Shown piece by piece: positions 1 through 9,073 of a stretch of 64,000 nucleotides of DNA (position 1 is its first letter; each line of letters begins with the position of its first letter). A program made the translations under genes and the position numbers. Origin of the DNA: Nitrospira sp. (GTDB lineage Bacteria; Nitrospirota; Nitrospiria; Nitrospirales; Nitrospiraceae); contig AP038806.1 of NCBI GenBank assembly GCA_047150005.1, forward strand, positions 1,920,001-1,984,000, written 5' to 3'. Below the pieces are notes generated by a model. That model searched no databases and was not told the origin of the DNA. It worked only from the letters and a program-made list of their open reading frames with translations.

Positions 1-409
1 GGGCATCGACCGCGATGTCCCGGTCTCGCCTCGTCGGGCGCGCAAACAACCCGAGCGCCCCGTATCGTCCCATCATGACGGTTTCGAGGACCGTCACCGG
101 AAAGTTTCGATCCACTACGCCCTTTTGAGGCAGGTAGCCGATTCTGGCCCGATGGTGACAACGCAATTTGTCGCAAGCGCAGTCGAAAATTCGGAGATGT
201 CCGGAGATCGGCGGCAGCAGACCTAACACCGCTCGGCACAGGGTCGTCTTGCCGGATCCGTTCGGACCGATGACGCCGATGAATTCCCCTTCGTGGATAT
301 CCAGCGAAATGTCCTCGAGCGCCACGACGCCCGGAAACTGGAATGTGGCATGATCGAAGCGAATGATGGCCTGTGCAATGACGGCCTGTGAACGGAGTGA
401 CACGCTCAC
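1..409 (-). CDS. Metal (Zn/Mn) ABC transporter ATP-binding protein, runs off the window edge
   Basis: Manual minus-strand translation gives ...ALEDISLDIHEGEFIGVIGPNGSGKTTL...IGYLPQK...FPVTVLETVMMGRY (Walker A, Q-loop). It lies downstream of the substrate-binding gene. Start is approximate. Confidence 0.85.
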   Translation of the reverse strand, partial: MSVSLRSQAVIAQAIIRFDHATFQFPGVVALEDISLDIHEGEFIGVIGPNGSGKTTLCRAVLGLLPPISGHLRIFDCACDKLRCHHRARIGYLPQKGVVDRNFPVTVLETVMMGRYGALGLFARPTRRDRDIAVDA

Positions 410-445
410 GTCTCCGGGGCGGGTTGCGACACCAAGAACGTCGGG

Positions 446-1387
446 TCAAGCGGCTTCGAGCGCATTGACCAATTGGAGCACATTGTAGCGCAACATGTCG
501 AGATAGGTGTCTGTTCGAGGCAATCCGCCCGGAAGGGTCGTCAGCACCACGACGCGGGCGCCGGTCTCCTTTGCCAGGAGTTCGGGAAATTTCTGACTCA
601 GTTGAATTTCGGAGACCACGACTTTGACCTGGTGGCGTTTCATCGTCTGAATCAGCTGTTGGATATGACGTGCACTCGGCTCGCCTCCCGACTGCAATTG
701 AATCGTCCCGACGATATCGAACCGGAATCGCCTGGCCAGATAGGGCCAGGCCGGATGATGCGCTACGAACTTCCGGTCGGACAAATCCTTGACCCTTCCG
801 CTCAGTTCCGCCTGCAGTCGGTCCAGGCGGGTAATATAGGCTGCCTGATTTCGGCGATAATCATCGACGTGGTCCGGGTCGGACTGTATCAGCGCTTCGG
901 TGATGTGTCGGATCATCGTGGCCGCATTGGTCGGGTCCAGCCATACGTGCGGATTCCCTCCGCCCGTCCGCTCCTCGCCTGCATGGTCGTCCTCGGGGAT
1001 GTGGGCATCGCCGATCAGCCCTATTCCGGTGGAGGTGGTGACGACACGCAGGGAAGGGTCGCCGGCATTCTTTACAAGAGGAGATACCCATATCTCCAGT
1101 CCGATCCCCACTTGAAAGAGGAGGCGGGCTTTGCGCACGGCGACGAGGTCGCTTGGTTTCGGCGAATAGGTATGTTCGTTCTCATACCCCTTCAACAGCG
1201 AGGTCACCGAGACATGACGCCCTCCGACCTGCTCGACGAAATCCTTGAGCACGGGGAGTGTGACGACGATGTTCAGAGGCTCACGCGGTCCGCTTGCCGG
1301 CGCGTTGGCGGGAATGATCACGCAGAACAGAAGTTGTAGCACGAGCAGCGGGGCGCACCGGTTCGATCGCAAGAGACGCTGGGGCAT
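446..1387 (-). CDS. Metal ABC transporter substrate-binding protein (ZnuA/TroA family)
   Basis: Motifs EHTYSPKPSD, NPHVWLDP, HPAWPYLARRF and GGEPSA, with an N-terminal signal-like segment. Start placed at ATG 1387. Confidence 0.9.
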   Translation of the reverse strand: MPQRLLRSNRCAPLLVLQLLFCVIIPANAPASGPREPLNIVVTLPVLKDFVEQVGGRHVSVTSLLKGYENEHTYSPKPSDLVAVRKARLLFQVGIGLEIWVSPLVKNAGDPSLRVVTTSTGIGLIGDAHIPEDDHAGEERTGGGNPHVWLDPTNAATMIRHITEALIQSDPDHVDDYRRNQAAYITRLDRLQAELSGRVKDLSDRKFVAHHPAWPYLARRFRFDIVGTIQLQSGGEPSARHIQQLIQTMKRHQVKVVVSEIQLSQKFPELLAKETGARVVVLTTLPGGLPRTDTYLDMLRYNVLQLVNALEAA

Positions 1388-1533
1388 GGGGGGGCGACCG
1401 TAACATCGGGACCCTAGGATGTCAACGCGACGTGCCCGCCGCTCGACTGACACACCGGCGGCTTGACCGCGAACGAGAGTTCCATTAGCGTAGCGGCGCT
1501 CAACGACACCTTGACCAGCGGAGGATGGGAATC

Positions 1534-2700
1534 ATGAAGGTGATTGGACTGATGTCCGGGACCTCGGGCGACGGAGTCGATGCGGCATTGGTTGAAATCA
1601 CGGGGCGAAAGCGATCCCTTCAAGTTAAGACGCTTGCCGCGGAAACACTCCCCTATCCGCGAACGCTTCAGCAACGGATTCTTACTGCGTCGGTATCGGG
1701 GACAGTCGGAGAAATCTGTCACCTGAATGCCCTGTTGGGCGAATGGTTTGCCGATGCGGCGTTGCAGATTATTCGTGCGGCCAAACTTCGTCCCTCCGAC
1801 GTTGCGCTGATCGGATCACACGGCCAAACCGTCCATCACCTTCCGCACGGCGTTCAGGCGCCGGGTGTAGGCGCCATCCGTTCAACGCTGCAGATCGGCG
1901 AGCCGGCGGTCATCGCCGAGCGAACGGGGATTACCACGATCGCGAATTTTCGGGCTCGAGATGTCGCGGCCGGAGGTCAGGGCGCTCCTCTCACCCCCGC
2001 GGTTCATGCCCTCCTTCTCCGGCACCCCCGTCGCGCGAGGCTTGTGGTGAACCTCGGCGGCATCAGCAATGTGACCTATATTCCTCCGGATCACACCGAG
2101 GAGGGGGTCGTGGCGTTCGACACCGGTCCCGCAAACATGGTGCTCGACAACCTCGTGGCTCGTATGACGAACGGACGTCTGCCCATGGATCGCGACGGCA
2201 AGATGGCGCTACGCGGGAAAGCAGACAGCAGGCTGTTGAGCAAGCTGTTGGCTCATCCCTTTCTGTCTCAACGGCCCCCGAAGTCGACAGGGAGAGAGGA
2301 ATTCGGAGTGACGTTGGTCGAAGAACTGCTCGCGGCGCCGCAGAAACTGTCCTTGGACGATCTCCTCGCGACATGCAGCGCGTGGACGGCCAAGGCCGTT
2401 GGAACGTCGCGTCGCTGGATCAGGGGGCGGATCGACGAAGTCGTGGTCGGAGGAGGCGGAGTTCGCAATCGGGCGATCATGGCTCAATTGTCCGCCGTGT
2501 TCGCTCCCGTACCGGTGACCACGTTCGATGCATTGGGATGGGACAGCAAAGCCTTTGAAGCGGTCGCATTCGCCGTCTTGGCCTATCGAACGGCCAAGGG
2601 ACAGTGGGGAAATCTTCCGGCGGTGACGGGAGCCGCGCATCCGGTTATTCTGGGCGCGATCGTTCCGGCCGGCCCGCAGTGGGCTCGACTGTTCAAATAG
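1534..2700 (+). CDS. anmK: Anhydro-N-acetylmuramic acid kinase
   Basis: IGLMSGTSGDGVD, IGSHGQT, GGQGAPL, NLGGISN, FDTGPAN and PPKSTGRE motifs; GGAGG upstream. Confidence 0.95.
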   Translation: MKVIGLMSGTSGDGVDAALVEITGRKRSLQVKTLAAETLPYPRTLQQRILTASVSGTVGEICHLNALLGEWFADAALQIIRAAKLRPSDVALIGSHGQTVHHLPHGVQAPGVGAIRSTLQIGEPAVIAERTGITTIANFRARDVAAGGQGAPLTPAVHALLLRHPRRARLVVNLGGISNVTYIPPDHTEEGVVAFDTGPANMVLDNLVARMTNGRLPMDRDGKMALRGKADSRLLSKLLAHPFLSQRPPKSTGREEFGVTLVEELLAAPQKLSLDDLLATCSAWTAKAVGTSRRWIRGRIDEVVVGGGGVRNRAIMAQLSAVFAPVPVTTFDALGWDSKAFEAVAFAVLAYRTAKGQWGNLPAVTGAAHPVILGAIVPAGPQWARLFK

Positions 2701-2713
2701 GTGAGTCGGCAGG

Positions 2714-3217
2714 ATGGATCATGTATTTTTCTGGAGTGGTCTGGCCATAGGTATCTACGCCATGTGGAGGTTCACGGTCGGCCGGAAACCGACGCAAACG
2801 GAAGCGCTCGCGCTGCCGACCGGCGTGATCTTGGAGCCGCAGCCTCCGCTCAGCGACATAGACCTGCGGCTCTATAATCTGCTCCGGATGGCCGCGGAGG
2901 ATCGGTACATCGTGCTGGCTCGCGTTCCGCTGATGTGCGTTGTACGGGTGCACACTGGAGGAACGGGGCGGGTTCAGATCCTGCGCCGCATGGCGCTCAA
3001 GAATTTGGATTTTGTGCTGGTTCATCCGGGATCGCGGCTCGTCGAGCATGTCGTCCAGATCGAAGGTGGCCAGCAATCGGACCCACGCGAAGCAGAGAAA
3101 CGGCAGGACATCCGGAGAATCGTTCAAGCGGCGGGAATCAATCTGGTTGTTCTCGAGGCGGATCGATTCTATTCCGTCCAGCAGCTGGGAGCAATGTTGG
3201 GCATCGGCGGCGAGTGA
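2714..3217 (+). CDS. DUF2726-like (restriction endonuclease-like fold) protein with N-terminal TM segment
   Basis: N-terminal hydrophobic helix, then VLARVPL, LDFVLV, VVQIEGG and KRQDIRRIVQAAGINLV pattern typical of DUF2726. Confidence 0.65.
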   Translation: MDHVFFWSGLAIGIYAMWRFTVGRKPTQTEALALPTGVILEPQPPLSDIDLRLYNLLRMAAEDRYIVLARVPLMCVVRVHTGGTGRVQILRRMALKNLDFVLVHPGSRLVEHVVQIEGGQQSDPREAEKRQDIRRIVQAAGINLVVLEADRFYSVQQLGAMLGIGGE

Positions 3218-3258
3218 GCGTAGGCGATGTTCTCAGGTTGTCATATCGAAAGCTGCCG

Positions 3259-3765
3259 CTATTCAGGCGACATCGCCGTCGCTTCGATTCGTGACTGGTC
3301 CACCTCGAGCGCCTTTCTCGCCGCCTCGGCTTCCGGGCTGTCCGGATATTCATCGAGCACGCGCTCGTACATGATCCGCGCTTTCTCATAGTCCTTGAGC
3401 TTGGTGTAGGTCTGGCCGATTTTCAGGGTCGACGCGGACAGTTTAGGGCTGAGGGGGTAATAGGACACGACATTGTAGAATGATGCCAAGGCGTCCTTGT
3501 AGCGGCCCATTCTGTACTGACATTCCCCGACCCAGTATTGTGCATTGGCAGCGAGGGTCGTTTGACCATGAAGTTCGAGGAATAAGCGAAAGCCGGCCAG
3601 GGCCGCCTCGTAGTCACGGTGCTTGAATTCCTCCATCACCCGATCATACAAATGACGCGATGTATCCTGGACTTGCCCCGGAGCGGCGGAGGTCAAGACC
3701 GGGCTGAAACACAACGACAAGAGCAGACCGAATGCTGCAACAATCCGGGGTTTGTTGGGGGTCAT
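3259..3765 (-). CDS. Periplasmic TPR protein, YbgF/CpoB-like
   Basis: Signal peptide; LAANAQYWVGECQY and YERVLDEYPDSPEA motifs; GGAGG RBS before ATG 3765. Confidence 0.8.
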   Translation of the reverse strand: MTPNKPRIVAAFGLLLSLCFSPVLTSAAPGQVQDTSRHLYDRVMEEFKHRDYEAALAGFRLFLELHGQTTLAANAQYWVGECQYRMGRYKDALASFYNVVSYYPLSPKLSASTLKIGQTYTKLKDYEKARIMYERVLDEYPDSPEAEAARKALEVDQSRIEATAMSPE

Positions 3766-3814
3766 TGCCGTCCTCCGAAATGAGTCACAATGGCTCTGGG
3801 GATTCTGGGATATC

Positions 3815-3829
3815 GCAATCGTCGTGCCA
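3815..3829 (-). promoter_or_regulatory. Sigma-54 (-24/-12) promoter of the ybgF-like gene
   Basis: Minus strand reads TGGCACGACGATTGC, an exact TGGCAC-N5-TTGC match, about 50 nt upstream of the start codon. Confidence 0.7.
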
Positions 3830-4098
3830 GTCGTCGGCGGGAGAAGCGACAAGGAAACGGCGTAAGACCTCGTCAATGCATGGAGTCAGAGCGTAGAGGT
3901 TTCCCTGACCTCCGGGGGGGCCAACAGAATTGTACGAGTCTGTCTGGGAGAACCCGCGGCTTGACAAATATGAGCCCGCAGTTCCTCATCACCGGCGGTG
4001 TCGCGAGCATGTCAGCAGCTTCGGCATGACCGGCGATTGGAGAGAAAGATCCCCCGAGACCGTTGATGGCCCCTGAACGATCGAGCGGCAGGACGCGA

Positions 4099-4911
4099 AT
4101 GAAGACCGAGCAGGACGATCAGGGCAAGCAGGAGATTCCCTCCAATCCTCTCGGGGGAAGAACGCTGGTGGTGGACGGACAGGATGCCAACGCCTATCCG
4201 AGACCGAGCGCCGCGCTTGCAGAGGCGGAGGCGAAAGACCAAGTCTTCGTCCGTCCGGGAACCTATGAGGACAAGATCTTCGTGGCGGCCCGACCGATTG
4301 CCCTCATCGGCGCCGGTCGAGATCTCGTTCAAATCTTCTCCCGCCGTGGCGCGCCCTTGTATCTGCAGCAGGTGCCGAGCGGAAGAATCAGCGGGATTAG
4401 CTTTCGCTATATCGGAAGCGATCAACATTCCGCGATGAATCTTCTCGATTCCACCTGTACGGTGACACAATGTCGTGCCCTGGAAGGCATTCTTTCAGGC
4501 GTCGTCATCTACGGGCCTGAAGCCCGGCCGACGTTCGTGGGCAACGAATTCTGTGGCAATCGCGAGTCCGGCTTGTTCGTATTTGCCGGGGCACAGCCTC
4601 GATTGGTTGAGAATGTCTGCCGTGGCAATCATCATTTCGGCATTGCGGTTCGGGACGAAGGCAGTTATCCGGAGCTGGTCAGAAATCAGTGTCGAGAAAA
4701 TATGATGAGCGGCGTCCTGCTTTTTCATCACGCCAGAGCTCTTCTGGTGGACAACTGCTGTACGGACAATCTCCACTGGGGCTTCGTCATGACGCCTGAT
4801 TGCAGGCCGTCTCCGGATCAGGACGCACTCGCGCGCTCCAACACGCTGACTCCCAATTCACGCGGTGCGATATTGGTCACGGACACGCCGCTCTCCGAGA
4901 TCGGACGATGA
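4099..4911 (+). CDS. Right-handed parallel beta-helix repeat protein
   Basis: VFVRPGTYED N-terminal motif and repeated N-x-C-x-x-N-x-x-x-G-I/L/V units. Confidence 0.75.
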   Translation: MKTEQDDQGKQEIPSNPLGGRTLVVDGQDANAYPRPSAALAEAEAKDQVFVRPGTYEDKIFVAARPIALIGAGRDLVQIFSRRGAPLYLQQVPSGRISGISFRYIGSDQHSAMNLLDSTCTVTQCRALEGILSGVVIYGPEARPTFVGNEFCGNRESGLFVFAGAQPRLVENVCRGNHHFGIAVRDEGSYPELVRNQCRENMMSGVLLFHHARALLVDNCCTDNLHWGFVMTPDCRPSPDQDALARSNTLTPNSRGAILVTDTPLSEIGR

Positions 4912-4929
4912 GGCGGCGTGAGGGGATGA

Positions 4930-5859
4930 TCAGCGACCGGCATGAGCGGATTGTGTGCGGTAGCCCGAAGCCTCGTGAAAATGGAAGCCGCTGCCTCCTT
5001 GCTGCTTCGCCCGATACATCGCCTCATCCGCGTGCTTGAGCAGTTCGTCTATCCCTTGATCGTCGTGTGGATAGACCGTGATTCCGATACTGACACCGAT
5101 CGACACGCTCTGTCCCTTCAATTCAAAGGCCGAGGAGATCGATTCGGCAATCCGCTTGGCCACCACGACGATGCTGGCTTCCGATGGCACACCTTCCAGA
5201 ATGATCGTAAATTCATCTCCTCCCATGCGGGCCACCGTATCGACCTCACGGACGCAGCTTTTCAATCGTTCCGACACTGCCTTCAACAACTCATCCCCGA
5301 TGTCATGGCCTAATGTGTCGTTTACGGCCTTGAAGCGGTCGAGATCGAGCAGCATGAGCCCGACGGGTTGCTGAAGCCGTTTGCTGCGGGCCATCGCTTG
5401 AATCATGCGGTCTCGAAACAGGCTCCGGTTGACGAGACCAGTGAGGTGATCGTACTGGGCGAGATAGGTCAAACGTTCTTCCGTGCGCTTGCGTTCGATC
5501 GCATAGCGGACCGCTCTGGCGAGAAGTTCCGGGTGGCCTTGCCCCTTGACCAGATAATCCTGGGCCCCTTGTTGCACTGCTTGCAGCGCCAGCGTCTGGT
5601 CACTGACGCCGCTGAGTACGACCAGCGGAATCGCAGGGTTGGTGGTATGCACCTGCCGAACGGTCGGCAATCCAAAAGCGTCGGGAAGGGAAAGATCAAG
5701 AAGAATGGCGTCAAAGCGAGTTTGACCGATGAGCGCCAACCCCTCCGCCAGGGTCTTGACGTGGGTGATGCGGAACTCCTCTATACTCCATTCAGCCAAC
5801 AGATCCTGGGTAAACTGGGCGTCGACATCGTTGTCCTCTATGAGAAGAACGGCGATCAT
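4930..5859 (-). CDS. Response-regulator diguanylate cyclase (REC + GGDEF)
   Basis: LLIEDND, LLDLSLPD and GAQDYLVK receiver motifs; intact GGDEF with RxxD I-site (REVDTVARMGGDEF). Confidence 0.92.
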   Translation of the reverse strand: MIAVLLIEDNDVDAQFTQDLLAEWSIEEFRITHVKTLAEGLALIGQTRFDAILLDLSLPDAFGLPTVRQVHTTNPAIPLVVLSGVSDQTLALQAVQQGAQDYLVKGQGHPELLARAVRYAIERKRTEERLTYLAQYDHLTGLVNRSLFRDRMIQAMARSKRLQQPVGLMLLDLDRFKAVNDTLGHDIGDELLKAVSERLKSCVREVDTVARMGGDEFTIILEGVPSEASIVVVAKRIAESISSAFELKGQSVSIGVSIGITVYPHDDQGIDELLKHADEAMYRAKQQGGSGFHFHEASGYRTQSAHAGR

Positions 5860-6159
5860 CGCTGGTTAGCTCATGTCGGAACGTCGCGGAGTTGCGCACA
5901 ATTACCCCGCCTGATTATAGCCAAGCGGGGAACGCTGAGGAACAAAAAGCACGAATGTTGCATTCCCAGGCTGGAACAGCCTGGACATGCGACGAACCTT
6001 TGCCGCTCACATGCGACAGCAACTGACCCAGTTGTGCTTCCTGTGCGATGACAGTGGTCCGCTCATGCTGTCTCATGAAATGCTGTCAACGGTTCTGTGG
6101 GCGAATCCGAGGTATATCTGAGACAGGTCCCGAGGGAGGACACAGACCAACGGATGCGA

Positions 6160-6495
6160 CTAGCCTTGAGGAGAGAGTGGAGGGACGTTCTGATAGGAAC
6201 CGGTCGGAGGTTGCTCGGGTCCCACCGCCGCCTCGCAAGCATACCCTGGCTCGAAGGGCCACAGGAGCGATCGCCCGAATGTCGACCCCCGGACGTGGAC
6301 ATAGCGAAAGGTGACTCCAAGCCGATCAGACTCTTGCTGCATCGTGGAAAGACACCCTTCGTACGAAAAGGACCTTCTACCGAGTAGAATCGGCTCGCCT
6401 GTCTGACTGTGGAAGACGGTAAACGGCTCCGCACAACCGGCAAGACTCAGAGTCAAGAGACAGAACGTGTAGGAAAGGAAACGTGTCGACCGCAT
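6160..6495 (-). CDS. Hypothetical lipoprotein
   Basis: Signal peptide ending in an LAGC lipobox; 111 aa. Confidence 0.6.
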   Translation of the reverse strand: MRSTRFLSYTFCLLTLSLAGCAEPFTVFHSQTGEPILLGRRSFSYEGCLSTMQQESDRLGVTFRYVHVRGSTFGRSLLWPFEPGYACEAAVGPEQPPTGSYQNVPPLSPQG

Positions 6496-6530
6496 ACGGC
6501 GATTGTAGCAGATATAGGTGGGAAATTGGA

Positions 6531-6884
6531 CTACTGGGTAACGGCCGATGAGCCGGACTTCCCGAAAACGGGGTTCCGAATCAAACGCCCAAGCCGTACC
6601 TGATCATGACCCGGCATCCGAATAAACTCCACGCCGAAGTGCCGCCCCTGGCACCAGCGGACTCTCGCCAGGCCCACCGACAGGGGAGGAGTCTGGTCGG
6701 GAAGCAGAACCTTGAGTTCGAGGTATGAGTCTGAACGGACAACCCTTTTGCTGGTGATGGCGCATCCGGGAACGGAGAGGTTCAGCACGGTCCCTTCCCC
6801 GACGAACGATTCACCGGCAAACACAACAGGAAGACGGGTATCTACCCTGGTACAGTAGCGGAGCTTCATGATGGAATCACCCAC
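6531..6884 (-). CDS. PilZ-domain (c-di-GMP receptor) protein
   Basis: RxxxR (RYCTR), NLSVPGC (D/NxSxxG), ARVRW and FGVEF motifs. Confidence 0.85.
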   Translation of the reverse strand: MGDSIMKLRYCTRVDTRLPVVFAGESFVGEGTVLNLSVPGCAITSKRVVRSDSYLELKVLLPDQTPPLSVGLARVRWCQGRHFGVEFIRMPGHDQVRLGRLIRNPVFGKSGSSAVTQ

Positions 6885-7159
6885 ATTTCCCCCAGCCGCT
6901 TGCCGTCTTCCCGCTTCATCGTCGGCAACGTAGGGTTACAGGGAACAATAATCAGAGGTCGCGTGGTCTGTCTGCCCTACAAAAGGTGGGAGGAGCGGAA
7001 CTTGGTGGGCAGATGGAAAGTCCAGGGACTCCCAAAATGAGGGAGACTATCTCGCAGGGCTCGCTGGGCGGTGTCCAGAACGTACGAGTGACTTATCAAG
7101 TGGGGTGACCGCACCGCGGAGTACGCGTCGGTCTCAGTGGACAGGTGGAACTTGGGAGG

Positions 7160-7357
7160 TCAAACAGGCTTTTCCGCTATATACTCCAGATATTTCCACA
7201 GTTCTTTTGCCTCGCCCTCTCCGAACACCAACGGTGTATTGTTGGCGGAGCCGGTGAAATAGACCTTCACGCTCATCTCATCCTGCCATGCTTGCACTTC
7301 GCAATAGGCGATGCTGTCGAGATTGAGAGCCCGTTTCCCTATTCGCACATAGTGCAT
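7160..7357 (-). CDS. Small hypothetical protein (65 aa)
   Basis: GGAAGGA RBS and a protein-like composition; no family recognised. Confidence 0.55.
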   Translation of the reverse strand: MHYVRIGKRALNLDSIAYCEVQAWQDEMSVKVYFTGSANNTPLVFGEGEAKELWKYLEYIAEKPV

Positions 7358-7494
7358 CTGGCTTCCTTCCAACTGCTCAAAATACGAACAGACTATAGCA
7401 TCGACGAATGCAGCGTCCTACGACATCGCACATTTCCGACAGATCTCGTCCTGATACGGAGGTTTTGGGTTGGTGTCCCACTGTCAGGTCCCTC

Positions 7495-8526
7495 CTAAGC
7501 CGGTGTGAATACCTCATTGACATTCGTATAAGTTGCGCCGGGGGATGGGCCACCGCTCAGAACGTACAGCCGACCATAGAGAGAAACCACGCCAAGACCG
7601 TGGCGGCTTGTAGGAAGTGGGGCCCTTCTTTCCCATTTATTGGTAGCCGGAAAGTAGGCAGAGTTGAGATTAAACGTCGTTTCACTACTTTCTCCACCGA
7701 CGGTATAGATGATGCCGTCAATCGTCCCTGCTCCAATCCCACTTCGCGGGATGGGTAAATCGGCCACCCTCTCCCAACGGTCGGCTATCGGATCGTAGGC
7801 CTCGACGCTTGTGACGTTTCGATTGAAGTCACCGCCCAATCGTCCCCCGATGGCATAGACTTTTTGATGAGAAGCGGCTACCGCCAAATGGTCACGAGGA
7901 GTCGGAAGTGCTGCCCTCGGCATCCATGTATCGGTCACCGGATCATACATCTCCACTGCCGCGGAATTACCGTTCGCGCCTATCCCGCCGATGGCGTACA
8001 GCTTCCCGTTATACTCAGCCAGGCCTAATGCCCCACGAGGAGTGGGCATCGGTGCTCGTTCGGACCATGAATTGGTTGCAGGGTCGTATGCGAACACCCT
8101 TGCGCTGCGACCAGGAGGCCATTGTATGAGGCCGCCAACGACGTACAGTCGATTGGCGACACTCGCGGCGCTTGCATGGTGAACCGGTATGGGAAGCGGC
8201 GCTCTCAATCTCCAACGGTCAAGCGTGGTGTCGTACTCCTCAACGGCGTCAGTGCTGAGAATACCGGGTCGGTTGAAGAAACGGCTCAGAATGGTCTCAA
8301 CCCAATCCAGATCGCGAAATCCACCGACGAGGTAAATTTTTTCTCCGACGGCAGCGGCAGCCACTTCTGTTCGCTTGATTAGAGCCGGCGCAAGAGTTTC
8401 CCAGCGTCCAGAAACCTGGTTTGATTCTTGGGCCATCGCCCAATGCACGAATGTGAACAGGATTACAGTGATGACCAGCCAATGCCCGGATGCTCGGGAG
8501 ACTAGGCCGAAACCGAAGATCAGCAT
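7495..8526 (-). CDS. Secreted Kelch-repeat beta-propeller protein
   Basis: Six repeats of the type Y-x-x-GG...Y-D-P-x-T-x-x-W...LP-x-P-R; N-terminal signal-like segment. Start uncertain (8526 or 8583). Confidence 0.88.
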   Translation of the reverse strand: MLIFGFGLVSRASGHWLVITVILFTFVHWAMAQESNQVSGRWETLAPALIKRTEVAAAAVGEKIYLVGGFRDLDWVETILSRFFNRPGILSTDAVEEYDTTLDRWRLRAPLPIPVHHASAASVANRLYVVGGLIQWPPGRSARVFAYDPATNSWSERAPMPTPRGALGLAEYNGKLYAIGGIGANGNSAAVEMYDPVTDTWMPRAALPTPRDHLAVAASHQKVYAIGGRLGGDFNRNVTSVEAYDPIADRWERVADLPIPRSGIGAGTIDGIIYTVGGESSETTFNLNSAYFPATNKWERRAPLPTSRHGLGVVSLYGRLYVLSGGPSPGATYTNVNEVFTPA

Positions 8527-8673
8527 GGCGTAGGCGGGATCCCCTTTGGGCGCTGACGTGTAACTCTGGCGGATGCGCGTCACAGAATCAATCCCATTAT
8601 GGTGAGAAGTGAGGTGAGCCGGATCTAACAGAGACCATTGGAATGGGGCAGAAGTCTCGAGGAGATATCTGAT

Positions 8674-8721
8674 GGTTGGTTGCGGGGGAAGGATTTGAAC
8701 CTTCGACCTTTGGGTTATGAG
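8674..8721 (-). repeat. att site: displaced 3' half of tRNA-fMet (direct repeat of 15907-15954)
   Basis: 44/48 identity by manual alignment. It runs from the anticodon loop (CTCATAA) through CCA. Confidence 0.92.
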
Positions 8722-8851
8722 GCCTTAAAGACTAATTTTGCATTGCCCTGATATTCCGTCTGGTTTCTCGCTTTAATAAGTATTGTCAACGATTTAGCGC
8801 ATTCTATTCATTGCAGTTAATTCGAGCGATTTTGATGCTGTTTAGTTTTTT

Positions 8852-8871
8852 TTAGCACAATTTTAGCACAG
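8852..8871 (+). repeat. Tandem TTAGCACA(A/G) pair, candidate integrase arm-type sites (left end)
   Basis: TTAGCACAA-TT-TTAGCACAG; the same pair occurs at 15819-15838. Confidence 0.65.
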
Positions 8872-9073
8872 TGTTTGAGACTCAAGTCTGGATTGATACA
8901 CCACTTAGGACAACCGACAAAACCCTGAACAAATTGGGGTTCACCCTTTGCCTCATGCTTTATCCTCCCGCATGAGGTGGTCAAAACCCTGTCTTTTTGT
9001 CGAGGATTGAGAAGTCGAATTTCCTAGGGCATTGACGTATTCTTCCGCCTGTTCCAATAAATGATTTAGTCCT

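Noticed and set aside
3830..4060. Riboswitch (e.g. c-di-GMP) in the intergenic region
   Set aside because: I could not match the GEMM or other consensus elements by eye. An Rfam scan would be needed.
8559..8584. TGTAAC-N14-GTCACA as a third copy of the ECF motif
   Set aside because: It has no GAGACT at the right spacing, points away from the Kelch gene and lies outside the element.
8677..8721. Second tRNA-Met gene
   Set aside because: Only the 3' half is present, with no D-arm or 5' acceptor strand. It is an att remnant.
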